A DNA stretch of 64,000 bases from Phaeosaccion multiseriatum (GCA_965112735.1 OZ218950.1:6200001-6264000), one strand, 5' to 3'. Shown: positions 1 through 13,113, numbered from the stretch's first letter. Numbers and translations are program-made. The notes: generated by a model not told the origin, from the letters alone.

Positions 1-185
1 TCGGCGGGGAGGTGAGAACAGGGACGAAGAGAAGGGGGGGCGGGAAGAAGGCTTAAATGACTTGCGGGCCGGAGGGGGGGATGTGGCGGCCGCCTTTCCC
101 AAGGATCAGAGTCAGGCTGGGAAAATGTGGTATGATTGCAGCGGCCACAGCTTCGTTCTAGTGTCTCTCTAATGAACGCTCGTCC

Positions 186-3100
186 ATGTCCGTCGTTCTT
201 GCTGGTGTCACGGCGTTGATTGAACGCCCCCCCTTTCCTCTGTCTCCCTCTGCCCCTCTTCTCCTCCCCACCCCTTTCACACCTGATAGGCTGGCGCGGC
301 TGGTTGGCTTCCTTCGCATGGCATTGTGCGCTCCCCTCATGCTGGCGCAAGTGGGTGGTGTCGTGGCCCTTGTCAACTTTTTCACCCTCACCGTCAAGTG
401 GTGGAATCAGAGGCTGGCGAGAGATCTGGTGAGTGTGACAGCGTAAGCCCTCTCTATCTCTATCATAACCGTTCCCTCCTGCCACCCTGACTCTCTCCCT
501 CACCCCCCCCCCCTCCTCGCTTTCCTCTCTCCTCTCGTTTCAATATCATCCACCTCCACCCCCCCCCCCCTCCTCCTCCTCCTCCTCCTCCTCCTCCTCT
601 TCCCCTCCACAGAATTGCTCCTGGTCCCAACAGCTCTTCGTGCAAGGCATGTCGGCCGTGTTTCCCTCGTCCAAAATCGTGATATCGGGAGAGCTGCCCA
701 CAGACGACACTCAGGCCATTGTCATCTGCAATCACCAGGTACATATAGTTAACAGTTACATGATACTTACAATGACAGTTACAAGTAGGTTAGTAGGACA
801 GGGAAGGGGGTAGGGGGTGGCAGTGGATGGTCAGAGCTTACTGTACTCTCAGTTACAGTGCTATCAAACTGGGGCATGAAAGTCCGTGCTTTGGCTTGTC
901 CGGGACATGGTTTCCCGCTCCTCATGGCCAGTCGGACAGAGTGACACCACCTCATACCGTTCCCTCCTCCCTGTGCTGCTGCTTCTCTTTCTCTCTCCTT
1001 GTGTTTGTGTGTGTGCGCGTGCGTGCCTGTTTGCCTGTGTGTCTGTGTGTGTGTATTCATGTGTATGACCGTCTTGCCTTGTTGCTGCTCTGCACTGCTC
1101 TTCCCGGCTGCAGATCGACACGGACTGGTGGTACGTATGGGAAATGTTGCGCTGTGTGGGTCGGCACGGAGATGCGAAGGTGGGTGGGTGGATGGGTGAA
1201 GTATGTCAATGGGTGGCTGGATGGGTGAAGTATGTCAATGGGTGGGTGGATGGGTGAAGTATGTCAATGGGTGGGTGGATGGGTGAAGTATGTCAATGGG
1301 TGGGTGGATGGGTGAAGTATGTCAATGGGTGGGTGCATACGTGGGTGGGTAGATGGATGGGTGCGTGCGTGCGTGCGTGCGTGCGTGCGTATGTCTGTCT
1401 GCAAGGGGTGAGAAGGGAAGAGAGCATGAAGGGAGGGTAGGGGTAGAGAGAGATTGACCCGGCCCGTCTACCCCTCTCCACTCTCTCTGCACTGCCTCCT
1501 GCACTGCCTTACAGTTCATTATGAAGGACGATTTCGAGAAGATCCCGCTCGTGGCGGCAGGGGTGCGGGGGCTTCAATTCGTCACACTCAAGAGAGACTG
1601 GGCCAAGGTGAGGTACATAACATTTTTTTTACTTACGTGTGTGTGTGTCTTGGTGAGGAGGAGGAGGAGGAGGAGGAGGAGGACAGGGATACTGTTTTGT
1701 TGCGAGGAGGACAGGGACTGGCGAGCACGGCAAGAGGAGATGGGAGAGCGGTGAGCCCAGCCGACCCCTCTGACATCATTTGATGTGATGTGATGTGTTG
1801 TGGTGTGATGTACGCGCAGGACAAGGACAACTTAGAGAAGCAGCTCCGCGTGTTTGCGGATGACGACAGGAAGCTTCGCCTGGTCATCTTCCCCGAGGTG
1901 AGCAAGGTTGGGCATCAGGTTGGGTACTTATGCTCCGAACGCCGACGGAAGAAAGAGGGCCCGCCCATTGCTTCAGTGCTTTTGTGCGTATTCTTTCTTT
2001 TCTGTGTGTTGTGCTTTGTGCTTTGGCTTGGCCTTTACTCACCCGCTTGCTCGCTTTTCTTTCCACACACACACACACACACACACACAGGGAGTGACAG
2101 TGAATACAAAATCGCAGGAAAAGAGCAGACAATACGCCAAGAGGGAGGTGAGTGTTTGATTGAGGCCGATGGAGCAAATGACCGAGGGAGGGGAGAGGTC
2201 GACAGAGGAGGAAGGGCGGAAGGGGAAAGGGGGGAGGGGAGTCCGAGAAGGCGACGAGAATGGTGCCTGTCCGTCTTGTGACCGTGTGTGTGTGTGTGTG
2301 TGTGTGTGAAGCGGCAGACAGCACAAAGGATTGGTTTGTGCGACCGGACCCTCGCGCTCCACCCGAAACTCTCCAACCCCTTGCACACCTGCTTTCACCA
2401 CCAACTCTCCCTCCCTCACTCACTCACTCACTCACTCATTCACTCACCCACTCACCCACTCACCCACCCCGACGCGTATCACCACACGTATCACCAACCC
2501 TTACAGGGGCGGCCCGCCATGTCCCTGGTCCTTCTGCCGAGGGTGACGGGCTTCGAGGCGTGTGTGGACGCCATCCTCAAGGGGTCGGAGGGGGCGGTGG
2601 TCTATGACGTCACCGTGGCTCACAGCGGTTACAGGTCTGTCTCTGTGTGTGTATGTGTGTGCGTGTGTTTTTTTGTATGTGGTGTGTGCGTGTGCGTGTG
2701 CGTGTCAGTGTCATCACTCATTTGCTGCCATCCATCGTCCCCCCCTCTTCCCCATCCCTCCTTGTTCTTCCCCCCCCCCCCCGCGCGCCAGTGGTGAGAT
2801 CCCCACGTGGGCCATGGGGTATGAACGGAAAATAGACACACACCTGCCCAACATCAACAAGCTTCTCATGGGGCACACCACCGAGCCTGTGCACATGCAC
2901 ATTGTCAAGCACAGCCTGAGGGCCGTCAAGAGCGGCAAGGGTGGGGTGCAGGGTTGGATCGATAAGGCGTGGGTGGAGAAGGACAGGCTGCTGGCACACT
3001 TCATCAAAGAGGGCAAGTTCACCTCACCATCACCATCATCATCAACAACAACATCGCCGCCTTCAGCAGCTGTTGGATCGAAGGCGAAGGGAGAGGAGGG

Positions 3101-3335
3101 CGCGGGGAGGGAGGAGGAGACGGAGGGTAGGTGGGTGGTATCCCTTCCTCCTGGCGTTGGGAGCATGATGTTCATGACCACTCTGTCGCTCGGCTCCCTG
3201 CTGCTCATGGGCGTGGCGGCGTGGGGGGGATTTGTGCTCACGAGGGACACGGTGCTGCCGCTCGCACGGACTGAGTGGGACAAGTGGTCATCCTCGTCGT
3301 CGCCAACGTGGTGGCCGGGGGGAGGGGAGTTGTGA
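186..3335 (+). CDS. PlsC-family acyltransferase (lysocardiolipin/1-acylglycerol-3-phosphate acyltransferase, LCLAT1/LPAT4-5-like), 8 exons
   Basis: GT-AG exons 186-428, 613-738, 1114-1179, 1515-1607, 1820-1897, 2091-2147, 2507-2634, 2792-3335 splice in frame. They give motif I NHQIDTDW (HX4D), FIMKDDFEKIP, FVTLKRDW, IFPEG, LLPRVTGF, YDVTV and a C-terminal TM helix. Confidence 0.9.
1181..1335. repeat. 29-bp intronic minisatellite (GGGTGGGTGGATGGGTGAAGTATGTCAAT), ~5 copies
   Basis: Direct tandem copies beginning at the splice donor at 1180. Confidence 0.9.
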
Positions 3336-3477
3336 GTGACGTCCCGTTGGATTGATGGGATGGGTGGATGGGCAGATGGATTGCTTGTGGGCCGGTGTGT
3401 CTGTGTGCGTGCTTACGAGGAGGTTGTGAAAGTAGCTACAGTAAGAGGGAAGAGAAGTAGTGAGTAGTGAGTGAGTC

Positions 3478-3710
<233 letters not shown>

Positions 3711-4271
3711 GAAGAATAATAATCAAGGGGTCTGGTGCCGCGGTACTGTACTGCGGCACCATTTGCGCATCCCTTCGAGCGTGCGAATACTCTCTACAGA
3801 TGCCATCGGTGCGCGTTCTGTGTCGCAAGAAGCCTTTCAAAAAATACTAGTACAAGAAATGAAGGGGGGGGGGACTTTCCGTATATCTCAAGACGGAAAC
3901 CCTCGTCATCTCGGCTCCTCTCACCCTTATAGGGACCTATTTCTAGGCCGCCTTCGTGGCGGCCTCGGGAGGCATTTATTCCGTGCATGGAGGACCGAAA
4001 GGACTTTGGTGTGCCCGGAGTGCCTTTCATGTATGGGGGTATAGATTCTCTCTTTCCGCTACACCTGCCCTGCGAGGAGTGCATGCCTACAGGTGTGCGG
4101 CTATCATTGGGCGGGCCCACACACGCGCTAGCAAGCGTGTCCGAGTGTGCACCGCGTCATTTCGCGCCAAGTACGTGCAATGGCGCTTCCTGGACCCCCG
4201 TCGGGACGACCCCCCGGGATGATCCCCTCGGAGCCAAGCAGCTGGACAGGATGCTCTTGTCTGCTTTGATT

Positions 4272-6154
4272 TTATGACTGGAGAGTCGTGGGTGCCGAAC
4301 GCAAGAGATTCCCCCTCTGGGGAAGGTCCCCGGACGACGACATGGTGGTGATGGCCTTGTTGAGATCGTCGAGCGCGTTGTGGTCCTCCTTCGTCGTCGT
4401 CTCCTCCCCCTGCCTGGCTGTGACCGCTTGTTCTGCCTCCCTGGCCTCGAGGTATGCCTTGCTCTCACGGAACTTGGCGAGGAAGTTGCCTTGCAGCATG
4501 TGCCGCACCTCAAGGACAGAGGGGTGGAACACGCTGGCCCGAGCTTCCGCCTACCAGGCCAGGCCAGTGGAGCGGCAGTGAAGCGACAGTGGAGCGACAG
4601 GGGCGGGTGGTGCGAGGCGGCCGAGGCGAGAGGGACGCGTTAGAAGAAAATGAGAAGGAAGGATCGAGGCGGTGGAGTAGGCATGCCTGGTGGGTAGTCA
4701 AGCCAGCAGGGGCAGCGGGGGACAGGCAAGCAGCAACAGCACCAGCAGAGCACGGGAACGCACCTGATCGGCGCTCATGAAGACGTCCCTGTCCATGAGG
4801 CGCAGCCCCTGCGTGCGCATCTTGGTGTCGATGTTCACCTCCATGTCCGAGAACTGCTCAATGTACGTGCGGCAGATGGAGGTGTAGCACTCGTAGACCT
4901 GCTCAAGCAGCGGAGCAGGAGGGCCCTCCTCGCTTCCACCGCCCCCTGCTTCGCCCCCTTGCTGCGCGGCTTGCGGTGACGCCCGTCCTCCCTCCACCCT
5001 CTGCTGCTCGCGGCGCACGAGAGCGTCGTACCCCTCCACTGCCCGAAGGAAGTCGTAACTCTCGAGGCAGAGCGCTCGGCGAATGAAGTCGTAGAACAGC
5101 CTGTCCAAGACCGGATGGGCCATGATCTCGGCCACCTCCGCACCAATCCCGTCCCCCGTACTGTGCGATGTATCTGTCAAACATGAAAGCGGCATCACAT
5201 GTCGTCCTGACTTTCTGTTCGGAGCGCCGAAGCTTGGCTCTGTTTTGACTTTCAAATAGGCCCTCCTGGCTATGGGATCGCGCACCCACCGGAGGTCTCC
5301 CCACCAATACAGCATAGCAAGTGTAACAACACCGCAGTATATTGCGATCACGAAGTTCAGCGCCGTCGACACCTTCCATGCGTCCGTAGTCTCCCGCACC
5401 ACGAGGACGAGGAAGTAGACAACACCAGGGACTGAGAAGATCATGACCAAGCAGGCGATCTCCTCGCCGACGCGCAGGAGGTCGTGGGTCTGGACAATCC
5501 GCCTGCTCCAATACCCTGCGAAGCAGGCCATTATGCCCACGAGACCGATCTGTACTTGCCAAGGCTGCAGCGCGTAGCAGTAGTAGTCGCTCCCGGACTG
5601 GAAGGGTCTGAACCACGCCAACAACGAAGCCACCACCATACTCTGCACGACGCCGCCCGCTACCAGTTTCCATGCCCAGAAAGGCGCCAGAATGAAGGCA
5701 TACTTCTTACGAGTCTCCTGTTCTGCCATCGCTATCATCATCTTCAGAGCTCGCATTATATGGGGGACACCTGGCCTCGAGAGGTGGCAGCCAGTGGCAG
5801 GACAAGAAGGAGTTAGATCGGCCGTGTGTGAGGAGACGTGGACACAGAATAAACCAGGCACAATCACTTGTTACAAGCCTCAATGAGTCACTTACCACCC
5901 ACCGCGAGCAGCAAAAAGGATGAGAATATGATGATTTCACACGAGAAGGGGGCTCCCTCCATCCTGCAGATGTACTCGGCACTGATGACATACGTAAAAG
6001 CCGATTGTCCCGCGACGTTGCATAAGATAAGGCCGGGGTAGCGAGCCCTGACAATGGGGCAGTTCCTTCTCTGCCAAAGCTGCCGACTCTTCCGAAAGAC
6101 GGCGCTCAAGTGGGCCGCATTTAGCAGCAGGAGCGCGACGCTCGCGGCGTGCAT
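4272..6154 (-). CDS. 7TM-RGS protein, copy 1 (apparently intact, ~514 aa)
   Basis: Exons 6154-5896, 5770-4764, 4550-4272 join in frame (1545 nt). Seven hydrophobic segments precede an RGS domain: HPVLDRLFYDFIRRALCLESYDFLRAVEGY...ICRTYIEQFSDMEVNID...VFHPSVLEVRHMLQGNFLAKFRES. Confidence 0.85.
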
Positions 6155-6360
6155 CCTTCGGTCCGGTCTCTATTTTGGGCCGCTAGTAATGCACTAGTGG
6201 AGACGCCCTGCTGCCTCTGCTCTTGTGATAATTTCCCCCCATCATGGGATCAGGGAATGTCCTATTTATAATTTTGGTCCCCTTTGTACTTGAGAACACG
6301 AAACTGCCGCCGGATAAGGCTTGATGTAACTGCCCCCCACATTATCCCGTTCTCTGATAA

Positions 6361-6535
6361 TCGACCCCTGACACACTATCCGCTATCCGCTATCGCCGGC
6401 GCCAGCCGGCGCGCTATCCGCTATCGGCCGGCGCCAGCCGGCACGCTATCCGCTATCGGCCGGCGCCAGCCGGCACGCTATCCGCTATCGATAGCGCGCT
6501 ATCGAGAATGTGGGCGATAGTGTGTCAGGGGTCGA
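6361..6535. mobile_element. MITE, TCG..CGA family, subtype CGCTATC
   Basis: Perfect 20-bp TIR TCGACCCCTGACACACTATC / GATAGTGTGTCAGGGGTCGA. TSD TGATAA at 6355-6360 and 6536-6541. Internal ~32-bp tandem repeats. Absent from the paralogous site at 10634-10650. Confidence 0.9.
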
Positions 6536-7073
6536 TGATAACGGACGGGCCTTGCACACAAACGGCATTCATTTAAGTTAGGTTGTTTCCTCCATTGTTC
6601 TCTACAACCCCCACACTGCCCTCCACTCTCGCAGGTGGAGAGCGCTTCGTGGGGAGCACAGGAGCGATCGGACTCATGACTCATGACACCTGACACCTGA
6701 CACCCAATACCTCGCACCCAACCGGACGGAGGGAGTCAAGAGCCCCCCGTCGTGAGCAGAACGCGACTGCACGCAGGCCGTCCCGAGCCTTCCTCCCGCA
6801 TATCGAGAGAGTCTCTCTGGCCTTGGGTGGGACTTGCGCCAACACCTGGCTGCTTACCCGCTCTGCTCCTGCAACCAAGCAATACACCACGACTTGCCTC
6901 CCCCCGTCGACCCTCTCCTCCCTCCTCCCTATATGTGCCTCTACCTAGCCTCTTCGCCCTCGAAGCCCCTAGTCAGTTGGAAGTCGGCCCCTACGCACGC
7001 CCAGATGCCTCTGCGGGGTCCTGAGTTGACCCCAACAAGGGGGGGGGGGCGTGTGCCTGTAGCTTCTCTAGCT

Positions 7074-7322
7074 CGGATACGAGCGAGCAGTGCGATGACC
7101 TCGGGGTTGGGATACGAAACGGCGCTGGACTTGCTCGAGGATATGCGGAAAGAAGGGGTCCAGCCTAATGTCATTGCGTACAGCTCTGTCTGGCAGGAGA
7201 GCACGAGAAGGCAGGTACTGGACATGCGGAAGCAGATGCGGAGGGAAGGGCTTCAACCCAAGAAAGTCTCGTACAGCTGCAGGGTTTGGAAGGAAGGCAA
7301 GCAGGCTTATTTGTTGACTTAA
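7074..7322 (+). pseudogene. PPR-protein fragment in repeat unit 1
   Basis: YETALDLLEDMRKEGVQPNVIAYSS...QMRREGLQPKKVSYS matches PPR helix-B/PxxxxY motifs but is internally truncated. Confidence 0.6.
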
Positions 7323-7887
7323 GAGTGGTCACCTAAGAACCTGAAAGTGTGTGTGTGTGTGGGCGTGTGTCTCTGGGGCCCACGAGAGGCCTGTTACTCC
7401 CCCTCTTGGTCAGGGTTGCAGCTGACGAGACGGCAAAGCCTGGTCAGGACGTGGCCCTTGGTGGTGGAGGAGTCGGTGCGGCCCGTGCGGGCGACGACGT
7501 GCTCGGTGAGGGTAGGAGTGATTGCGCCTGTGCGCCGAGTCGTCCGTGGGTCTCGATGGCGAAGGTGGTGAGGCGAACACGCTCTCTGCCGTCGGTGTTG
7601 GCATAGTGCCGCTCCTTGCGGGTCTCGCTGTTGGCTGCTGCCGCTCCCGGTCTGGTGTCCGTAGCATATTCAAGGCCGGCCTGCAGATGTTGTTACTCAG
7701 GGTAAGGTCCAGCATATGCGCGGGGTGGGCATAGGTTGGGTCGCGGGCTCCGGAGAGGGCGCGCCGGGGGAGGGTGGCTTCCATGCGAAGGCAGACAGGC
7801 TGAGCAGACGTCACAGCTGGCGGATCAAAATCCAAACTGTATCTTTCCTATCTAGACACATGTCCACAACAGTCACTTGTAAACAAA

Positions 7888-9563
7888 TTAGCTCATGACT
7901 GAAGAGTTGTGGACGCCAAACCCAAGAGACTCCCCCTGGGGCGAGTTCATGGTGGTGATGGCCTTGTTGAGATCGTCTAGCGCGTTGTGGTCCTCCTTCG
8001 TCGTCGTCTCCTCCTCCTCCCGGGCTGCGACCACTTGTTCCGCCTCCCTGGCCTCGAGGTATGCCTTGCTCTCACGGAACTTGGCGAGGAAGTTGCCTTG
8101 CAGCATGTGCCGCACCTCAAGGACGGAGGGGTGGAACACGCTGGCCCGAGCTTCCGCCTACCAGGCCAGGCCAGTGGAGCGGCAGGGGCGGGTGGTGCGA
8201 GGCGGCCGAGGCCAGAGGGATACGTGAGAAGAAAATGAGAAGGAAGGATCGAGGCGGTGGAGTAGGCATGCCTGGTGGGTAGTCCAGTCAGCAGGGGCAG
8301 CGGGGGACAGGCAAGCAGCAGCAGCACCAGTAGAGCACAGGGAACGCACCTGATCGGCGCTCATGAAGACATCCTTGTCCATGAGGCGCAGCCCCTGCGC
8401 GCGCATCTTGGTGTCGATGTTCACCTCCATGTCCGAGAACTGCTCAATGTACGTGCGGCAGATGGAGGTGTAGCACTCGTAGACCTGCTCAAGCAGCGGA
8501 GCAGAAGCGCTTCCACCGGCCCCTGCTTCGTCCCCTTGCTGCGCGGCTTGCGGTGACGCCCGTCCTTCTTCTTCTTCTTCTCGACCCCCGCCCTCCACCC
8601 TCTGCTGCTCGCGGCGCACGAGAGCATCGTACCCCTCCACTGCCCGAAGGAAGTCGTAACTCTCGAGGCAGAGCGCCCGGCGAATGAAGTCGTAGAACAG
8701 CTTGTCCAAGACCGGATGGGCCATGACAAGTGAAGCAACAATGCAGTATATTGCGAGCACGAGGTTCAGTGCCGTCGACACCTTCCATGCGTCCGTAGTC
8801 TCCCGCACCACGAGGACGAAGACGTAGACAACACCAGGGATTGAGAAGCCCATCAACATGCAGGCGATCTCCTCACCGACGCGCAGGAGGTCGTGGGTCT
8901 GGACAATCCGTCTGCTCCAATACCCTGCGAAGCAGGCCATTATGACCATGGGACCGATCTGCAGTTGCCAAGGCTGCAGCGCGTAGCAGTAGTAGTCGCT
9001 CCCCGACTGGAAGGGTCTGAACCACGCCACCAACGAAGCCATCACCATATTCTGCACGAAGCTGCCCACTACCAGTTTCCATGCCCAGAAAGGCGCCAGA
9101 ATGAAGGCATACTTCTTACGAGTCTCCTGTTCTGCCATCGCTATCATCATCTTCAGAGCTCACAATAAAGAGGGGACACCTGGACTCGAGAGGAGGTAGC
9201 AAGTGGAAGGACAAGAAGGAGTGAGATCGGCCGTGTGTGAGGAGACGTGGACACAGAATAAACCAGGCACAATCACTTGTTACAAGCCTCAATGAGTCAC
9301 TTACCACCCACCGACATCACAAAAAAGGATGAGAATATGATGAAGTCACACGAGAAGGGGGTCCCCTCCATCCTGCAGATGTACTCGACACTGATGACAT
9401 ACGTAAAAGCCGATTGTCCCGCGACGTTGCATAAGATAAGGCCGGGGTAGCGAGCCCTGACAATGGGGCAGTTCCTTCTCTGCCAAAGCTGCCGACTCTT
9501 CCGAAAGACGGCGCTCAAGTGGGCCGCATTTAGCAGCAGGAGCGCGACGCTCGCGGCGTGCAT
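7888..9563 (-). pseudogene. 7TM-RGS copy 2, probable pseudogene
   Basis: Same exon structure as copy 1. CGA>TGA stop at 9162-9160, just inside exon 2. A 192-bp in-frame deletion (junction ~8726/8727) removes the TM7-RGS linker. Confidence 0.8.
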
Positions 9564-9765
9564 CCTTCGGTCCGGTCTCTATTTTGGGCCGCTAGTAATG
9601 CACTAGTGGAGACGCCCTGCTGCCTCTGCTCTTGTGATAATTTCCCCCCATCATGGATCAGGGAATGTCCTATTTATAATTTTGGTCCCCTTTGTACATG
9701 AGAACACGAAACTGCCGCCGGATAAGGCTTGATGTAACTGCCCCCCACACATTATCCCGTTCTCT

Positions 9766-10633
9766 TCGGCCCCAGACTGGCCTAGAAGCCTTTGCTCTAG
9801 GCCCTAGGCCGGCGGTTCTAGGCCTAGGCCTCGACCTATCTGATTACTGATGACGGCCGGCGCAGCCGGCCTGATTACTGATTATGGCGCCAGCCGGCCT
9901 GGTTGCTGATTGCAGCCAGCCATCCTAATTTCTGGGGGGTTGATTACTGATTACGGCCGGCGCACACCGTAACCTTGTCCAGGGTCGAAGGGAGGGAGGG
10001 AGGGAGGCAGGGAGGGAGGGAGGGAGGGAGGGAGGGAGGGAGGGAGGGAGGGAGGCAGGGAGGGAGGGAGGGAGGGAGGGAGGGAGGGAGGGAGGGAGGG
10101 AGGGAGGGAGGGAGGGAGGGAGGGAGGGAGGGAGGGAGGGAGGGAGGGAGGGAGGGAGGGAGGGAGGGAGGGAGGGAGGGAGGGAGGGAGGGAGGGAGGG
10201 AGGGAGGCAGGGAGGGAGGGTGGGAGGCAGGGAGGGAGGGTGGGAGGCAGGGAGGGAGGGAGGGAGGGAGGGAGGGAGGGAGGGAGGGAGGGAGGGAGGG
10301 AGGGAGGGAGGGAGGGAGGGAGGGAGGGAGGGAGGGAGGGAGGGAGGGAGGGAGGGAGGGAGGGAGGGAGGGAGGGAGGGAGGGAGGGAGGGAGGGAGGG
10401 AGGGAGGGAGGGAGGGAGGGAGGGAGTCGACCCTGGACAAGATTATCTGATTACTGATTACGGCCGCCGCAGCCGGCCTGATTACTGATTATGACCGGCG
10501 CCAGCCGGCCTGGTTGCTTACAGCTGGTGACCAGCCGGCCTGAGTACTGATTATGCGCCAGCTGGGGCTGATTACTGATTAGGCCGGGCTGCGCCAAAAA
10601 TAGGCCTAGGCTTCTAGGCCAGTCTGGGGCCGA
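9766..10633 (-). mobile_element. Composite MITE copy A (outer TIR TCGGCCCCAGACTGGCCTAG; inner units flank a 438-bp (AGGG)n tract)
   Basis: TIRs at 9766 and 10633. TSD TTCTCT at 9760-9765 and 10634-10639. The paralogous site in unit 1 (6350-6360) lacks it. Confidence 0.9.
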
Positions 10634-11135
10634 TTCTCTGATAACGGACGGGCCTTGCACACAAACGGCATTCCTTTACGTTAGGTTGTTTCTCTCCATT
10701 CTTCTCTGCAGAGCCGTACACTGCCCTCCACTCTCGCAGGCGGAGAGCGCTTCGTGGGGAGCACAGGAGCGACCCGACTCATGACACCTGACACCTGACA
10801 CCCAATACCTCGCACCCAACCGGACGGAGGAGCCCCCCGTCGTGAGCAGAACGCGACTGCATGCAGGCCGTCCCGTGCCTTCCTCCCGCATATCGAGAGA
10901 TTCTCTCTGGCCTTGGGTGGGACTTGCGCCAACACCTGCTTACCCGCTCCGCTCCTACCTCTAGCCCACGACTTGTGCCTCCCCCCGTCGACCCTCTCCT
11001 CCCTCCTCCCTATGTATGCCTCTATCTAGCCTCTTCGCCCTCGAAGCCCTACTAGTCAGCTGGAAGTCGGCCCCTAGCTACGCACGCCCAGATGCCTCTG
11101 CGGGGTCCTGAGTTGACCCCCCCCCAGCCAAGGAG

Positions 11136-12278
11136 TCGGCCCCAGACTGGCCTAGAAGCCTAGGCCTAGAGTCGAAATTTGGCCGGCCTAGGGGGGCCGC
11201 AGGCCCCCGGCCTAGGCCTAGAGGGGACCGCAGGCCCCCGGCCTAGGCCTATTTTTGGCGCAGCCCCCCCGGCCTAGGCCTATTGACCCTGGACAAGATT
11301 ACGGTGTGCGCCGGGACCGCAATCAGTAATCAGCCCCCAGCTGGCGCATAATCAGTACTCAGGCCGGCTGGTCACCGGCTGTAAGCAACCAGACCGGCTG
11401 GCGCCGGTCATAATCAGTAATCAGGCCGGCTGCGCCGGCCGTAATCAGTAATCAGATAATCTTGTCCAGGGTCGACTCCCTCCCTCCCTCCCTCCCTCCC
11501 TCCCTCCCTCCCTCCCTCCCTCCCTCCCTCCCTCCCTCCCTCCCTCCCTCCCTCCCTCTCTCCCTCCCTCCCTCCCTCCCTCCCTCCCTCCCTCCCTCCC
11601 TCCCTCCCTCCCTCCCTCCCTCCCTCCCTCCCTCCCTCCCTCCCTCCCTCCCTCCCTCCCTCCCTCCCTCCCTCTCTCCCTCCCTCCCTCCCTCCCTCCC
11701 TCCCTCCCTCCCTCCCTCCCTCCCTCCCTCCCTCCCTCCCTCCCTCCCTCCCTCCCTGCCTCCCTGCCTCCCTCCCTGCCTCCCTCCCTCCCTCCCTCCC
11801 TCCCTCCCTCCCTCCCTCCCTCCCTCCCTCCCTCCCTCCCTCCCTCCCTCCCTCCCTCCCTCCCTCCCTCCCTCCCTCCCTCCCTCCCTCCCTCCCTCCC
11901 TCCCTCCCTCCCTCCCTCCCTCCCTCCCTCCCTCCCTCCCTCCCTCCCTCCCTCCCTCCCTCCATCCATCCATCCCTCCCTCCCTCCCTCCCTGCCTCCC
12001 TCCCTTCGACCCTGGACAAAAGGTTACGGTGTGCGCCGGCCGTAATCAGTAATCAGCCCCCGGCTGGCGCATAATCAGTAAATCAGGCCGGCTGGTCACC
12101 GGCTGCAATCAGCAACCAGGCCGGCTGGCACCATAATCAGTAATCAGGCCGGGTGCGCCGGCCGGAATCAGTAATCAGATAGGTTGAGGCCTAGGCCTAG
12201 AACCGCCGGCCTAGCAGAGCGGCCAACGGCCGCCGGCCTAGGCCTAGAGCATAGGCTTCAAGGCCAGTCTGGGGCCGA
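11136..12278 (+). mobile_element. Composite MITE copy B (530-bp (CCCT)n tract)
   Basis: TIR TCGGCCCCAGACTGGCCT / AGGCCAGTCTGGGGCCGA. TSD AAGGAG at 11130-11135 and 12279-12284. Confidence 0.9.
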
Positions 12279-12319
12279 AAGGAGTGGCGGGCACTCTCGC
12301 CTGTGCCTGTAGCTTCTCT

Positions 12320-12560
12320 AGCTTGGACACGAGCAGCGCGATGACCTCGGGGTTGGGATACGAAACGGCGCTGGACTTGCTCGAGGATGTGCGGAAAGAA
12401 CGAGTTCTCAGCCTAATGTCATTGCGTACAGCTCTGTGCGTCTGGCAGGCAGAGGAGGCAGAGTACGAGAAGGTACTGCTGGAGCAGATGCGGAGGGAAG
12501 GGCTTCAACCCAATAAAGTTTCTACAGCTGCAGGGCTTGGCAGGAAGGAAGGCAGACTGA
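12320..12560 (+). pseudogene. Frameshifted PPR fragment in repeat unit 2
   Basis: Homologous to 7050-7300 (GYETALDLLEDVRKE...EQMRREGLQPNKVS) with indels. Confidence 0.55.
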
Positions 12561-12605
12561 CCAGACGTCACAGCTGGCGGATAAAATTCCAAAATGTATG
12601 TTCCT

Positions 12606-13048
12606 AAGAGCAACTTCTCACCTCCGAGACACCTCCGTTTCAGAGCCACCCCTACCATCGAATCCCCCCCCCCCTCCACCCTAAACTACTGTTTTAGCGA
12701 GTTTGAACATGCGCATCGTGTTGCCCTCGTCGAGACAAGTCGAATGCCGGCATCGTTGTGCCTCCTGCAACCTCTATCAAGTTCAGTTCTGTGGCCCTGC
12801 AGCGTGTGGAGGCCTAACAAACTCCTGTTCCTTACGTAAGGGTGTGTCTGTCTGCTGTTTTTTGTGCCTAGCCGCGCCGCGCCCTCCCCCCTTCCCCCCA
12901 ACCGCCTCCATGCCGAGTTGAGTCGTTTTTTTTACGCTCCCCAGGTAGTAGGCGTGGGCAAGGGGAGTGCAATAACGCCCTCAAATTTTAACCTTACTGA
13001 ATTACGCCAATCGCCTTTTAGGTGTCTTGGAGGTGAGACGCTACTCTT
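12606..13048. mobile_element. Unrelated MITE-like element with ~29-bp imperfect TIRs
   Basis: AAGAGCAACTTCTCACCTCCGAGACACCT (12606-12634) is inverted at 13020-13048. The segment is absent from the paralogous junction at ~7845-7855. TSD not resolved. Confidence 0.7.
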
Positions 13049-13113
13049 CTCTACAGCAGACACATGTCCACAACAGTCACTTAAAAAAATACATATGTAA
13101 TTCATTCTAATAA

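Noticed and set aside
3734-3760. Hairpin GGTGCCGCGGTAC-T-GTACTGCGGCACC next to the (CAA)n tract
   Set aside because: Single copy, with no associated element ends or TSD identified.
5126-5317. Segment missing from copy 2 as a lost intron
   Set aside because: Minus-strand ends are CT...GA, not GT...AG; treated as a genomic deletion.
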